IMG/VR virus record: IMGVR_UViG_3300046694_000251
Strand: one strand, 5' to 3'
DNA from: an uncultured virus (IMG/VR IMGVR_UViG_3300046694_000251)
Taxonomy: Duplodnaviria > Heunggongvirae > Uroviricota > Caudoviricetes
DNA length: 64,000 nt
The notes under the pieces were generated by a model. That model made no database searches. It saw nothing but the letters and a program-made list of their open reading frames with translations, and was not told the origin of the DNA. Positions 17,681 to 27,006 of this stretch are shown here, piece after piece. Within the stretch, counting starts at the first letter, position 1, and every line of letters begins with the position of its first letter. The position numbers and the translations under genes were made by a program.

Positions 17681-17967
17681 CCCGCTCCGTCATCCGGCAC
17701 GTCGACCACACCATAGGCCTGGATCCCCATGCTGAGCGCGACATGGAGGACCTGGAGTGCACGTCCTGCGACTGGAAGGCTGGCGGGATCCCCTTCGGTG
17801 ACCTCCAGGAGCAGGCCTTGAAGCACGCGGGCGCCGAGAAGCACTATGGCTTCCGCCAAGTCACCACGAACTACTGGCGAGTGGTCCGGCACGACGAGGA
17901 CCTTGCCATCCAGTTGTCTGTTCCGGCGGTATCTCGCGGAGGGGGATGCCTGCCGGAACAGGCCTAA
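17677..17967 (+). CDS. hypothetical CxxC/His protein
   Basis: GTGA overlap; ECTSC..KHAG..H. Confidence 0.65.
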   Translation: MTRSVIRHVDHTIGLDPHAERDMEDLECTSCDWKAGGIPFGDLQEQALKHAGAEKHYGFRQVTTNYWRVVRHDEDLAIQLSVPAVSRGGGCLPEQA

Positions 17968-18107
17968 TCCGACTGCCGAGGATCATCCCCTCGGCAGTCG
18001 GAGCACCTCCGACAGGAATGGCGTAGGCGCGGCAGACGTGCTGCCGACTACGTCCTGTCCGTCCTGACGAGGATGCCGCGCTCGCTGTCCTGGCGCGGTG
18101 AGGGTGC

Positions 18108-18156
18108 AGAACCCCGGCCTACTGCCTCCCCCGTGGCAGTGGCCGGGGTTCTTTTT
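18108..18156 (+). terminator. intrinsic terminator
   Basis: AGAACCCCGGCC/GGCCGGGGTTCT plus T run. Confidence 0.7.
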
Positions 18157-18189
18157 GCCGTCATTAGTCAAGTAGTTTCAGATTAATGC

Positions 18190-18218
18190 TTGACAATGCG
18201 TAGCGTGCTGGATAGGTT
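18190..18218 (+). promoter_or_regulatory. sigma70-type promoter
   Basis: TTGACA-17bp-TAGGTT. Confidence 0.7.
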
Positions 18219-18253
18219 TCTGCCCGTAGGATTTGCACGTCAGGGAGGGACCG

Positions 18254-19396
18254 ATGGCACAGGACAGGACCCGCAGGGGTAACGAGGCACACGAACGTGC
18301 GATGAAGCACGTCGCCATGCTCACGGAGGCCAGCACGGAGCTGCGGTCCGAGCCCAAGATCGCCAGGCGGCTGGACGGGCTGATCCGGGGAATCCCCCTC
18401 CACTGGGACATTCACGATCAGACACAATTCAGCAAGCAGACGCTGGAGCAGGTCGGCGACCTGATGGGCGAGATCGGCGTGTGCGAGCTGTGGAAGCGCA
18501 ACGGCCGCGTCGTCTACGACCTCCACGAAGAGCTGTCCGACGCGCTGGCACGCTCCAGGATGGGCACGGTTCCAGGGCGCATCTTCGACCAGCTCCCGCA
18601 CATCAACCCCATGGTCGTCCTGCCGGACCCCTGGCCAGCCGGACCGGGCAGGGGCACCAAAGAGGGCGGCTGGGTCCGCGCTTTCATGATCTTCGGCTGG
18701 GTAGGGCGCGCGCTCTGCAACACCAACGACCCGCAGCGCGAAGGCCTCGGGGTCCTGTACCTCTACGACGTGGTCGACGAGGACACCGGCGAGATCGTTG
18801 CCGGTGGGGCGCGGGACTTCATGCCGCTGCCCACCAGCCTGGACAAGTTCTCGGCCCAGGATGCCATCAAGCACGTGGAGCAGTGGCAGGGTGCTGTGGT
18901 CGACGAGGCGGAGCTGCGGCGGGCGATGAAGTCCTTCCGGCCGCTGCTCGAAAAGACCTTCTCGGTGATCACCTACCTGTGCTGTGACAACCGGGACGTC
19001 GAAGAGCCTCCGGAGTGGCTGACGGCCCAGAGGAAGCGGAAGACCGGAAAGGGCCGCCAGCGCAAGGAGCGCGAGCCGTTCTGGGTCCGCGTCGGCTGGT
19101 ACATCGGTCCCAAGTTGCACGAGGCCCGCAGGCGGGCCAGCCACGCCCCGCGCTCCGACATCTCCATCCCGTCCGGCGTCGAGTACGGACCCCAGCACCG
19201 GGCCGGGCACTTCAAGACGGTCTGGTTCGGTCCCGGAAAGGCTGGAGAGCGTACCCAGTCCGACACCAAGTGGATCGAGCCGTACTGGACGAAGCTGGAG
19301 GACCTGCCGGAGGACATGGACCCGCCGACGCAGATCGTGCAGGTCGACCCGCAGAGGGGGGACCCGTTCCGGCGCCGCAACACCATCGGTAAGTAG
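18254..19396 (+). CDS. hypothetical phage protein with HRAGHFK..W.GPG motif
   Basis: Stand-alone unit with its own promoter and terminator. Confidence 0.8.
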   Translation: MAQDRTRRGNEAHERAMKHVAMLTEASTELRSEPKIARRLDGLIRGIPLHWDIHDQTQFSKQTLEQVGDLMGEIGVCELWKRNGRVVYDLHEELSDALARSRMGTVPGRIFDQLPHINPMVVLPDPWPAGPGRGTKEGGWVRAFMIFGWVGRALCNTNDPQREGLGVLYLYDVVDEDTGEIVAGGARDFMPLPTSLDKFSAQDAIKHVEQWQGAVVDEAELRRAMKSFRPLLEKTFSVITYLCCDNRDVEEPPEWLTAQRKRKTGKGRQRKEREPFWVRVGWYIGPKLHEARRRASHAPRSDISIPSGVEYGPQHRAGHFKTVWFGPGKAGERTQSDTKWIEPYWTKLEDLPEDMDPPTQIVQVDPQRGDPFRRRNTIGK

Positions 19397-19550
19397 TCAT
19401 CGCCAAGCCAAGCCCCGACTGCCACACTGGCAGCCGGGGCTTCGTGCTGCCGGGAATAGGTGCTGGTAGCAGGTACTCAACCGCCCGGCGCGTCAATACT
19501 TACTTGTCGGTTTGTGACCCACCTCACGTCAAGCGGTTTACCGAAGTGGC

Positions 19551-19580
19551 TTGCTAAGCCGTAACTGACGCCCATACAGT
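19551..19580 (+). promoter_or_regulatory. promoter with operator half-site
   Basis: TTGCTA-18bp-TACAGT overlapping AAGCCGTAA. Confidence 0.6.
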
Positions 19581-19619
19581 TACTACATCACCAAGTACTA
19601 CTCGACCTAGGAGGACCCA

Positions 19620-19907
19620 ATGCCCCCCAAGGGCAAGGCAGTTGCTGGAAGCGGCGGACGCGGAAAGCTCGGAACCAACAAGGAAACCGAGGCCCTGGCC
19701 AAGACGGCCCGCAAGCAAGGCTGGACGATCGAGGTCACCGGAGGCAACCACCTAAAGTGGACCCCGCCGCCCCTCGACAAGCCACGGAAGGACTGGACGG
19801 ATGAGGACAGGGAGCGACAGATTCCCGAAATCTGCGGCCTTACCCCGGTCAGCGTAGCTTTCGTCAAGCTGAGGAACCGCCTCGTAAAGAAGGGACTTAA
19901 TCTCTAG
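19620..19907 (+). CDS. HicA-like protein
   Basis: ARKQGW.IE.TGGNHLKW pattern resembling the HicA fold. Confidence 0.55.
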   Translation: MPPKGKAVAGSGGRGKLGTNKETEALAKTARKQGWTIEVTGGNHLKWTPPPLDKPRKDWTDEDRERQIPEICGLTPVSVAFVKLRNRLVKKGLNL

Positions 19908-19979
19908 CCCTAATAGGCCAAGAAACATCCCGGGTACCATTAAAGTCGCAAGCCCCAATAGCGACGGACGGTACCCGGG

Positions 19980-20321
19980 ATGTTTCTTTTGCTCGCTTCG
20001 GGATCAGGAGGGGGCGGACTGTCCGTCGACAACCCCTTGGTCCTAGGCCCGATCGCGGCCTTCATATTCGCCGTGTTCGTCACCGAAATCGTCGTCTCCG
20101 GCAAGGCATACCGACGTGAGGTCGAAGAGAACAAACGACTCCGCGCCCTGACCGAGAAGGTCGTCCCCCTCGCCGAGCAGATGGTCTCCGCCGCCAAGGA
20201 CCTCGTCCAGGCCACCCGGGACAGCGTCGCCACCCAGGCCACCGTCACCGACGTCCTGGAAGACGTACTGGATCTGTTTCAGAGCGACGGAGGCCCCCGG
20301 CCCCGCCGGAGGAGGCCGTGA
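19980..20321 (+). CDS. membrane protein with coiled coil (holin-like)
   Basis: One TM segment followed by a charged helix. Confidence 0.55.
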   Translation: MFLLLASGSGGGGLSVDNPLVLGPIAAFIFAVFVTEIVVSGKAYRREVEENKRLRALTEKVVPLAEQMVSAAKDLVQATRDSVATQATVTDVLEDVLDLFQSDGGPRPRRRRP

Positions 20322-20524
20322 TGCCCCTGCTGCCCCAGACACGCAGACGCGACGACATAGCCGACCTGGAAGACCTCGTAGACCGCTGCATAGACGAGGT
20401 GTCCAAGGTCGTCGGCTCAGCCCCCGAGCACATGAGCCGCCTGCGCATAACCAGAGTCCGCCTCGTACGACTGCGCACCGGCTTCGCCCAGGCCCGGGAG
20501 GAAAGCCATGCGCAAGGCGCCTGA
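20318..20524 (+). CDS. hypothetical protein
   Basis: GGAGG RBS, overlap. Confidence 0.55.
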   Translation: MMPLLPQTRRRDDIADLEDLVDRCIDEVSKVVGSAPEHMSRLRITRVRLVRLRTGFAQAREESHAQGA

Positions 20525-20696
20525 ACCCATCCCCGCGACCGGCGACGCCTACGCAGGCGGCTACGCCTTCACCGTGGGCGGCAGCCCCCTCCGCCAGCAA
20601 CTCCTCTCCGCCGACCAGTTCGCCGGAATGCAGCCATGGGAAACTCCCGCCGGAATGCCGCTAGGCTCGAATACCGAGGCAGGCAGTTCCCTGTAG
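20508..20696 (+). CDS. hypothetical protein
   Basis: GGAGG RBS. Confidence 0.5.
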   Translation: MRKAPEPIPATGDAYAGGYAFTVGGSPLRQQLLSADQFAGMQPWETPAGMPLGSNTEAGSSL

Positions 20697-20865
20697 GAGA
20701 CCCACATGTACACATCCCGCTGCGTATTCGTAGACGGCCAGCATGTCTATTCAGGGACTGACTGCCCTCATAATCTTGAAGAGGACGAAGAAGGGCCGGT
20801 AAAGGAACCGGGCTGGACCGTCCAGCAAAACCGGTAACCCCGACCCTGCACGAAAGAGGAACACA

Positions 20866-21279
20866 GTGGCTGCTGCATCCAAGAACACCGAGGCCCCCGT
20901 CGGCGAGACTCCGGCCGCGATCCCGGCCGCAGTGCCTGGCCGCTCCTCGGACTGGGACCACCCCAACCTGGGCTGGACTGTCCAGCACGGCACCAAGTAC
21001 GAGAACGTCGATGGCATCCCCGGCCAGGTCTTCGTCCACGCCCAGTTGCCCGACCCGGCCGCCCAGCGCGCCATCGGCCTGGACCCGGCCACCTCCAACG
21101 CCGGTCTGGTCGTCCTGACCCACGAGGAGGCCGCGAAGCACCCGGGCGGCCCGGAGGCCGACGACCGTCTCCCCGGTACCGGTGTCTACGAGGGCACCCG
21201 CAACGCGGGCACCGCCACCGCTCCGGGCGCCGACAACTCCCCGGCCATCGCCTCCACGGTCGCCAACGTCCCGGCCTGA
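20866..21279 (+). CDS. hypothetical protein
   Basis: GAGG RBS, strong codon bias, own terminator. Confidence 0.7.
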   Translation: MAAASKNTEAPVGETPAAIPAAVPGRSSDWDHPNLGWTVQHGTKYENVDGIPGQVFVHAQLPDPAAQRAIGLDPATSNAGLVVLTHEEAAKHPGGPEADDRLPGTGVYEGTRNAGTATAPGADNSPAIASTVANVPA

Positions 21280-21344
21280 TCCAAGCAGCCCCCAAGCCCC
21301 TGCTTCCCGTCACCGGGGCAGGGGCTGCTGCGTAAGGAGACACA

Positions 21345-21794
21345 GTGGCACGCAGAGGCCCACGAGGCCCCAACAAGCGCGGCAGCGACTTCGAACAGCT
21401 CAGCCTGTTCTCGATGCCGTCCACGCCCGAGCCGCCCCGCACAACGCCCAACCCCGGACCCCGGGCGGGCTCCCGCCGGATGATGTCGCAGGAACTCGCC
21501 GACGCCATCCAATTGGCCAAGGACGGCGACGACGGGGATCTCCTCCCATACCAGCCGACCCCCTCTATCAATCCGCCGCGCCCGAGAACTCTTGCCGCTG
21601 GATACGACAAGGATTCTCAGACGCTACGGGTCCGATTCCGCAATGGCCAGGTCTACGGCTACTACAACGTCCCGCCGAATGTCTGGCGGAACTTCAAGCG
21701 CGTGAAGAGTCCCGGCCGCGCAATCAACCGAACGCTGAACAACTTCGCCTACGCACCGGAACACGATCTCGACGAACCCACGGGCGACTACTGA
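21345..21794 (+). CDS. KTSC-domain protein
   Basis: GYD...TLRVRFRNG.VY.YYNVP..VW..F....SPGR..N. Confidence 0.85.
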   Translation: MARRGPRGPNKRGSDFEQLSLFSMPSTPEPPRTTPNPGPRAGSRRMMSQELADAIQLAKDGDDGDLLPYQPTPSINPPRPRTLAAGYDKDSQTLRVRFRNGQVYGYYNVPPNVWRNFKRVKSPGRAINRTLNNFAYAPEHDLDEPTGDY

Positions 21795-21833
21795 TTTACC
21801 ATTTCCGGCGCCCACCCCAATAGGCTCCATGTC

Positions 21834-22136
21834 ATGCCTGAAACCCATGACATGGGGCCTTTGTTTGCCCACACTGTGAATCTGAAGCCGGGGACGCCGT
21901 TCATTCACCGGGCGCCCACCGACGAGATACAGCCGCCCTACCGGCGCTCCAATTCCTTCATCATCAAGATCTGGCCCGGAAAGGGAATCGTCCTCGGCCG
22001 GTGGCGACACACCTGGCGCAATGAGAGTGATGCCCTATACACCGCCCTCCAGGGATACGGAAACGCCCTGTCGACGGACGATATCCGCGACCACGCCCAC
22101 CGATTCGATAAGGACCTCGATGAACTCGTCATCTGA
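21834..22136 (+). CDS. hypothetical protein
   Basis: ORF in operon. Confidence 0.55.
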   Translation: MPETHDMGPLFAHTVNLKPGTPFIHRAPTDEIQPPYRRSNSFIIKIWPGKGIVLGRWRHTWRNESDALYTALQGYGNALSTDDIRDHAHRFDKDLDELVI

Positions 22137-22217
22137 GAACACCGAGGAAGAGAAGGCAGCGGCCCGCCGGATAGTGGCCAAGAAGACCGACGACACGGAC
22201 GAGGAGTACGACGCGCT

Positions 22218-22478
22218 ATGCGCTCTTGGGCTGATGTGAAGCGCGCCCTGCGGGGTAGCGAAGAGAAGATCGACCCGGTCCGCGCGAAGGTCGCCAAGAG
22301 GCTCGACCGGCTGCCTTCCGGGGACGTGCTCGACTGGGCGGACAGCGTCGGCAGCGGCCTGGCGAAGGCGCTCGACGACTACCGCAAGCAGGCCACACCA
22401 GAGAGCCTGTTGGAGGCTCACCGAGGGGCCCAGAGCCTGCTCGGCGTCCTGGATGTGCTCTCCCGGCGGGAGTCATGA
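22218..22478 (+). CDS. hypothetical protein
   Basis: GAGGAG upstream, codon usage. Confidence 0.6.
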   Translation: MRSWADVKRALRGSEEKIDPVRAKVAKRLDRLPSGDVLDWADSVGSGLAKALDDYRKQATPESLLEAHRGAQSLLGVLDVLSRRES

Positions 22479-22479
22479 A

Positions 22480-22513
22480 GAAGGCCCCCACCCTCGATCG
22501 GGTAGGGGCCTTC
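22480..22513. terminator. terminator hairpin between convergent genes
   Basis: GAAGGCCCC/GGGGCCTTC. Confidence 0.65.
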
Positions 22514-22527
22514 GGTGTTTTCGCAGG

Positions 22528-24612
22528 TCAGGCGGCCAATCGCCATTTTTCCAAGTTGATGACGTACGTGAACGAACCCCTGGATGAACGCGACGCCGGG
22601 TGCGGAACCTGGCTCTTCGACTGCCCTGTAGTGAACTCCACCAGGCGAGGGTCGACGTTCCCCTTGACCTGCATGGGCGGCAGCGGCGGCCTACGCGGCG
22701 GAGCGGGCTCCAGAAGGGGCTCGACGATGCTCTCCCAGTCCCCGCCCTTCCAGGCCCGCCAGCGAGCCCTCAGCGCCTCCTTCGGGGGGAAGTGCTCCGG
22801 CATCTCAGACCACGGGCAGCCCGTACGCGCCTTGTAGACCAGGCCCTCCACTAGCGCCCGCAGATCGTGGCTCTTCTTCGTGGAGCGGAACTTGATCCGA
22901 GGACGGATCTCCTCCCACAGCTCATCGGTCATCTCGACCGGCTGCACACCGCGCTGCTCGAACCACTGCTCCAGGTCGGAGTCGGGCCCGAAGCGACCGT
23001 CCAGCGGAACCGGTCCCGTCAGTGACACCTGAATATCCAGCAGGTCCATAATCTCGGACTTCTGCCGGTCGTTGATGTTCTCCAGGTTAAAGCTGGCGAT
23101 CTCGACCAGCCGCTGGAAATCCTCCGCGCGAGCAGCGGCCTCCTCGGCCTCCATCAGCATCGACTCTGCGTCTTCCAGCATCGTCTGCTTGGTGTTGATC
23201 TCCTCGTTCAGCTTTCCCACGGCCGAATTAATGGCCAGTGCGTCCACCCCAGCCTTCGCGAGGTTCACCAGGGTCGTCGTGGTCAGCTCACGCAGGCCTG
23301 CGATTTCCCGGGTCAGTTCCTCAATTCGCACCTCGTACGTCTTGCGGTGATCCGGCGCGGTGGTGACCCAGTCCTTGGCGATCTCGCGCAGCTTGTCCTT
23401 GTCGCCCAGGAAGTTCTTCAGGCTTCCCCAGACGACTTCTTCGAGCGCCAGGGCGTCGATGACGGAGTCACCGCACTTGTTGCCCGAGCAGCGGTAGGTG
23501 CGGCGGTCTTCGGCCTTTACGTAGACGCCGGTGTAGTGGGCGCCGCATTCGCCGATGACGCGGGTGCTGAGGGGGTGGTACTTGTACGGGCCGGAGAGGT
23601 TCCAGCCGTTTCGCTTGAGGGCGTGGCGGACGGAGATGAGCTGGTCGAGTTCGAAGACCATCGGGGTGTCGATGATCATCATCGGACCGTGCTTGGGGGA
23701 GCCGTCGGGGTTCATCTTGGTCTTGCGCTTGCGGCGCTTGTTGACGACCTCGTCGGTGTTTCGGTAGACGACGAATCCGTCGAGCGCTGTGTTGAAGAAC
23801 TTGTGGCGCAGGTTGCTGCCGGTCCATTCGACGCCCTTGCGGGTGAGTCGGCCAATGACGTTGAGCATGTGCGCGGCGCGGTCGACGGTATAGCCGCCCT
23901 CGACGATCATCAGGGCGGCGATTTCGAGGGTGCGGGTCTCCTCGGGGTGGAGGGCCAGCTTGGAGTCGCGCTTGCCCTGGTTCTCGATGTAGTAGCCGTA
24001 CGGCGGGGGGCCGCCGGTCCAGCCTCCGTTGGCGGCCTTCATGTTGAGGCCGTTCTGGGTGCGCTCCAGGATGGTGCGCCACTCCATCTCAGAGAAGGAG
24101 GCGAGTTGCTGGAGGGCGGTGACGCCGTGGGTCGTGGTGGTGTCGATCTCCTGGGTGACGGAGATGATCGAGCAGCCAGCGTCTTCGAGGGTCCAGACCC
24201 AGTGCCAGAAGGCGCGGCCGGTGCGTCCGATGCGGTCGAACTTGTGGACCGCGACGACGTCGATCAGCTTGGCGTGGACGTCGCGCTCCAGGCGCATCAT
24301 CTCGGGGCGGTCCTGCTTGGCGCCGGACTCACCGGCGTCCTCGTAGACGTCCGCGATCTCCCAGACGATGTTGGTGCCGTTGCGCTCCTCCATCGTGTTC
24401 TTGAGGTCGATGTTGTCCTGGATGCCCTTGAGCTGGACGTCGAGGCCGTAGCCGACGATCTGGTCTTTGGTGGAGACGCGGAGGTATGCGCCGACTCGCT
24501 TGACAATGCGTGCGAGGGAGGCTGCGGACTTGAAAGTGCCGGGGGTTCCGGGGCGGGTGCCGTTGATCTTCTCCGCGCGTGCGCGAGCGCGCTCGGCCGC
24601 TATGCTGGCCAT
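22528..24612 (-). CDS. int: large serine recombinase (integrase) with a DUF4096-like C-terminal extension
   Basis: YLRVST catalytic Ser, DRIGR, GGPPPYGY, Zn ribbon (CG..Y.C..C), coiled coil. Confidence 0.93.
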   Translation of the reverse strand: MASIAAERARARAEKINGTRPGTPGTFKSAASLARIVKRVGAYLRVSTKDQIVGYGLDVQLKGIQDNIDLKNTMEERNGTNIVWEIADVYEDAGESGAKQDRPEMMRLERDVHAKLIDVVAVHKFDRIGRTGRAFWHWVWTLEDAGCSIISVTQEIDTTTTHGVTALQQLASFSEMEWRTILERTQNGLNMKAANGGWTGGPPPYGYYIENQGKRDSKLALHPEETRTLEIAALMIVEGGYTVDRAAHMLNVIGRLTRKGVEWTGSNLRHKFFNTALDGFVVYRNTDEVVNKRRKRKTKMNPDGSPKHGPMMIIDTPMVFELDQLISVRHALKRNGWNLSGPYKYHPLSTRVIGECGAHYTGVYVKAEDRRTYRCSGNKCGDSVIDALALEEVVWGSLKNFLGDKDKLREIAKDWVTTAPDHRKTYEVRIEELTREIAGLRELTTTTLVNLAKAGVDALAINSAVGKLNEEINTKQTMLEDAESMLMEAEEAAARAEDFQRLVEIASFNLENINDRQKSEIMDLLDIQVSLTGPVPLDGRFGPDSDLEQWFEQRGVQPVEMTDELWEEIRPRIKFRSTKKSHDLRALVEGLVYKARTGCPWSEMPEHFPPKEALRARWRAWKGGDWESIVEPLLEPAPPRRPPLPPMQVKGNVDPRLVEFTTGQSKSQVPHPASRSSRGSFTYVINLEKWRLAA

Positions 24613-24734
24613 GGTTCAGTCTCCTTTACAGACTGATCAAGGCCCTGTCGCCGCGCCTAGACTCGCGGTGGCAGGGCCGTCGTGTTGATCAGTGCAGTAT
24701 ATGGGGAACGTCGATGTTGGGTAAGGCAGTTGTT

Positions 24735-24887
24735 CTAGGCGGCTGCTTGGGTGTCTTCGTCCTGCGGGGTGAAGAGGATGGTCAGGAGCCTGTTCCAGCG
24801 GCTGTCTTCCATCCGGTCGTTGGTCAGGGTCACGGTGATCAGGGGCTCGTCGGAGCCCTGGGTATTAAGCGTTGCCAGGTTCGTCAT
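24735..24887 (-). CDS. small protein upstream of integrase (50 aa, MTNLATLNTQ...)
   Basis: Open frame, ends in AAA-stop, carries the CTTAATACC motif in sense frame. Confidence 0.5.
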   Translation of the reverse strand: MTNLATLNTQGSDEPLITVTLTNDRMEDSRWNRLLTILFTPQDEDTQAAA

Positions 24888-25008
24888 GCCAGGAACCGTA
24901 CTACGGCTTCCAGATTACGTCTATGGGGAATCTTGTAAAGGGTATTGCGCAACCTGCTTGACGTGAGTACGCTCGGGAGCGCAGCGACACCCCGCAACAG
25001 GAGGAAGC

Positions 25009-26082
25009 GTGACCACCGCACTTCGCAGCGCCATCGACGAGTACCTGAGCAACCGGCGCGCGGCCAAGGCCGACAACACGATGCGCGCCGACGACAACCT
25101 GCTGCCCCGCTTCGCCGACCACGTCGGTAACCCCGACTTCTCGACCCTCACCCCTGAGCAGGTCCGGGACTTCTTCTACGGCGACGGCGGCCTGATGGAC
25201 ATCCACGTCACCCGCATCAAGGGCCAGCAGCTCCGGGCGGCCGTTGGGCCGAGCACGCACAACCACTACCGCAAGCGGCTGAGTCTGTTCTTCGGCTACT
25301 CCCACGCCCGGGGGCTCGCTCCGCGCAACGACTACCTGTGCCTGGTCGACCCTTTGCCGGAGCTGAAGAAGCAGCGCATGCAGCCCTCGCCGGGGATCCT
25401 GCTTCAGCTCCTGGACCAGTCCGAGTGCGCCATGCACCGTGCCTACCTTGCGACGGCCGTGAACACCGCGTGCCGCGCGAGCGAGCTGGTGAACCTGCGC
25501 GTCGGCGACGTCGACTTCGCGGCCTCCGAGGTCTTCGTGACCGTGATCAAGACCAAGGAGGAGGATGAGATGCCGCTGACCGCCGACCTGGAGCGGGAGC
25601 TGCGCATCTGGTTCGAGGAGTACGCGGCTTTGCTCGGGCGCCCGCTGCGGCCGGATGACTACCTGTTCCCGGCCCGCTCCGGTAACCAGATCAAGACGCA
25701 CTACTTCGATGAGGCGCTGGGCCGCCGGGTGTACGAGCGGACCCCGTTCGTCTACCACGCCGACCGGCCGGTGGAGCGTACGGAGAAGATCGTCAAGGGC
25801 GCCTTGGGCAAGCTGGGCCTGCCGACCCGCTACGAGGGCACGCACACGGTGCGCCGCGCCGTGGCTCGTGCGTACTTCGACCAGCTCGCCGAGGATGTCG
25901 GATACGACGCGGCGCTGCGTACGGTCTCCGCGCTGCTGCACCACTCGTCCATGACGACCACGGAGCGTTACCTGGGGCTGTCGAGTGAGAAGCGGCGCCG
26001 GGACGAGACGCTGAAGGGGCGCCCGTTCCTCACCTCGATGGTCTCCCAGCAGAACGTCGTGCAGCTCCGCCCGGCACGATGA
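25009..26082 (+). CDS. tyrosine recombinase
   Basis: CRASEL (R), K, HTVRR (HxxR), LLHH and TTERY (Y) catalytic residues. Confidence 0.9.
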   Translation: MTTALRSAIDEYLSNRRAAKADNTMRADDNLLPRFADHVGNPDFSTLTPEQVRDFFYGDGGLMDIHVTRIKGQQLRAAVGPSTHNHYRKRLSLFFGYSHARGLAPRNDYLCLVDPLPELKKQRMQPSPGILLQLLDQSECAMHRAYLATAVNTACRASELVNLRVGDVDFAASEVFVTVIKTKEEDEMPLTADLERELRIWFEEYAALLGRPLRPDDYLFPARSGNQIKTHYFDEALGRRVYERTPFVYHADRPVERTEKIVKGALGKLGLPTRYEGTHTVRRAVARAYFDQLAEDVGYDAALRTVSALLHHSSMTTTERYLGLSSEKRRRDETLKGRPFLTSMVSQQNVVQLRPAR

Positions 26083-26137
26083 CACGACGAAGGCCCCACC
26101 GGAAGCTGAACCGATGGGGCCTTCGTGCTGCGGTGGG

Positions 26138-26404
26138 TTAGCCGACTCCGACGATGTACTTGAAGAACATCCCGAGGAGGAGCAGAGCGGCGACGGCGAA
26201 GGCGTACTGCTTGATGCCCTCCCACGAGAAGTCGTGTCCTCCCGGCGGGGTGGACTGCATCGCCTGCTGGCTGGTGTAGAAGTCGTGCTGCTCGCGCATC
26301 AACTGGTGCTGCATGGCGTCCATCGTCGGGTCGTAGCCCTCGGGTGGGTTGAGCGCGTTGGCGGTCTGGTGTATCGCGCTGGTGAGGTGAAAGTCGTCAG
26401 CCAT
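26138..26404 (-). CDS. small membrane protein
   Basis: C-terminal TM segment. Confidence 0.55.
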   Translation of the reverse strand: MADDFHLTSAIHQTANALNPPEGYDPTMDAMQHQLMREQHDFYTSQQAMQSTPPGGHDFSWEGIKQYAFAVAALLLLGMFFKYIVGVG

Positions 26405-26615
26405 GGGGTACTCCATCCACATACGGTTGTGCTTTGCTCCGCAGTGGAGAGGTCTTGTCCCACAGGTTCCAGCGCCCCCCACAGACCGGATCTTGTCCGT
26501 AGGCTACCTCTTCGGGAAATCCGGGCACAGAGGGGCGCTCGGGCTTCGGCTCACCGTCCAGGCTCCGGCCACACTTGGGGCAGTTCTCCGGGTCTCGCAT
26601 CGGGTACATGCCCAT
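26397..26615 (-). CDS. small Zn-ribbon-like protein
   Basis: GAGGAG RBS, CPKC. Confidence 0.55.
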   Translation of the reverse strand: MGMYPMRDPENCPKCGRSLDGEPKPERPSVPGFPEEVAYGQDPVCGGRWNLWDKTSPLRSKAQPYVDGVPHG

Positions 26616-26724
26616 GGTGTCTCCTCTTATCGCGGACCTTCACTCTACTCGCTCGTCAAGCGACTTGTCGAGACCGCTTGCGGAGGTGTAGCCTCGTAGA
26701 TCAGGAAGCGTCTAGGAGGGTGTC

Positions 26725-27006
26725 ATGGACGAGATCGAAGAGGGGCGCACGATTCACGCGCGGGTGCCCTACGTGTACGACAAGGAGATCCACATCTCCA
26801 CAGTCCATAGTCCCCAGGACGGCCTGTTCGTGGACGCCCGGGAGTTCATCCCGAGCAGGAAGTTCTACGGCCGGGGTCTGACTTTCCCGCTCGGCATGCT
26901 CGACGAGGTCCTGAAGGGCTTCGAGAGCGCGTGGCACGAGAACGGCGGAGGTGACTTCGGTGAGGATAACGACACCGAGGACCGCCTGGAGGGGACGGCG
27001 GGATGA
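26725..27006 (+). CDS. PC4/YdbC-like ssDNA-binding protein
   Basis: FVDAREF...GRGLTF pattern. Confidence 0.6.
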   Translation: MDEIEEGRTIHARVPYVYDKEIHISTVHSPQDGLFVDAREFIPSRKFYGRGLTFPLGMLDEVLKGFESAWHENGGGDFGEDNDTEDRLEGTAG

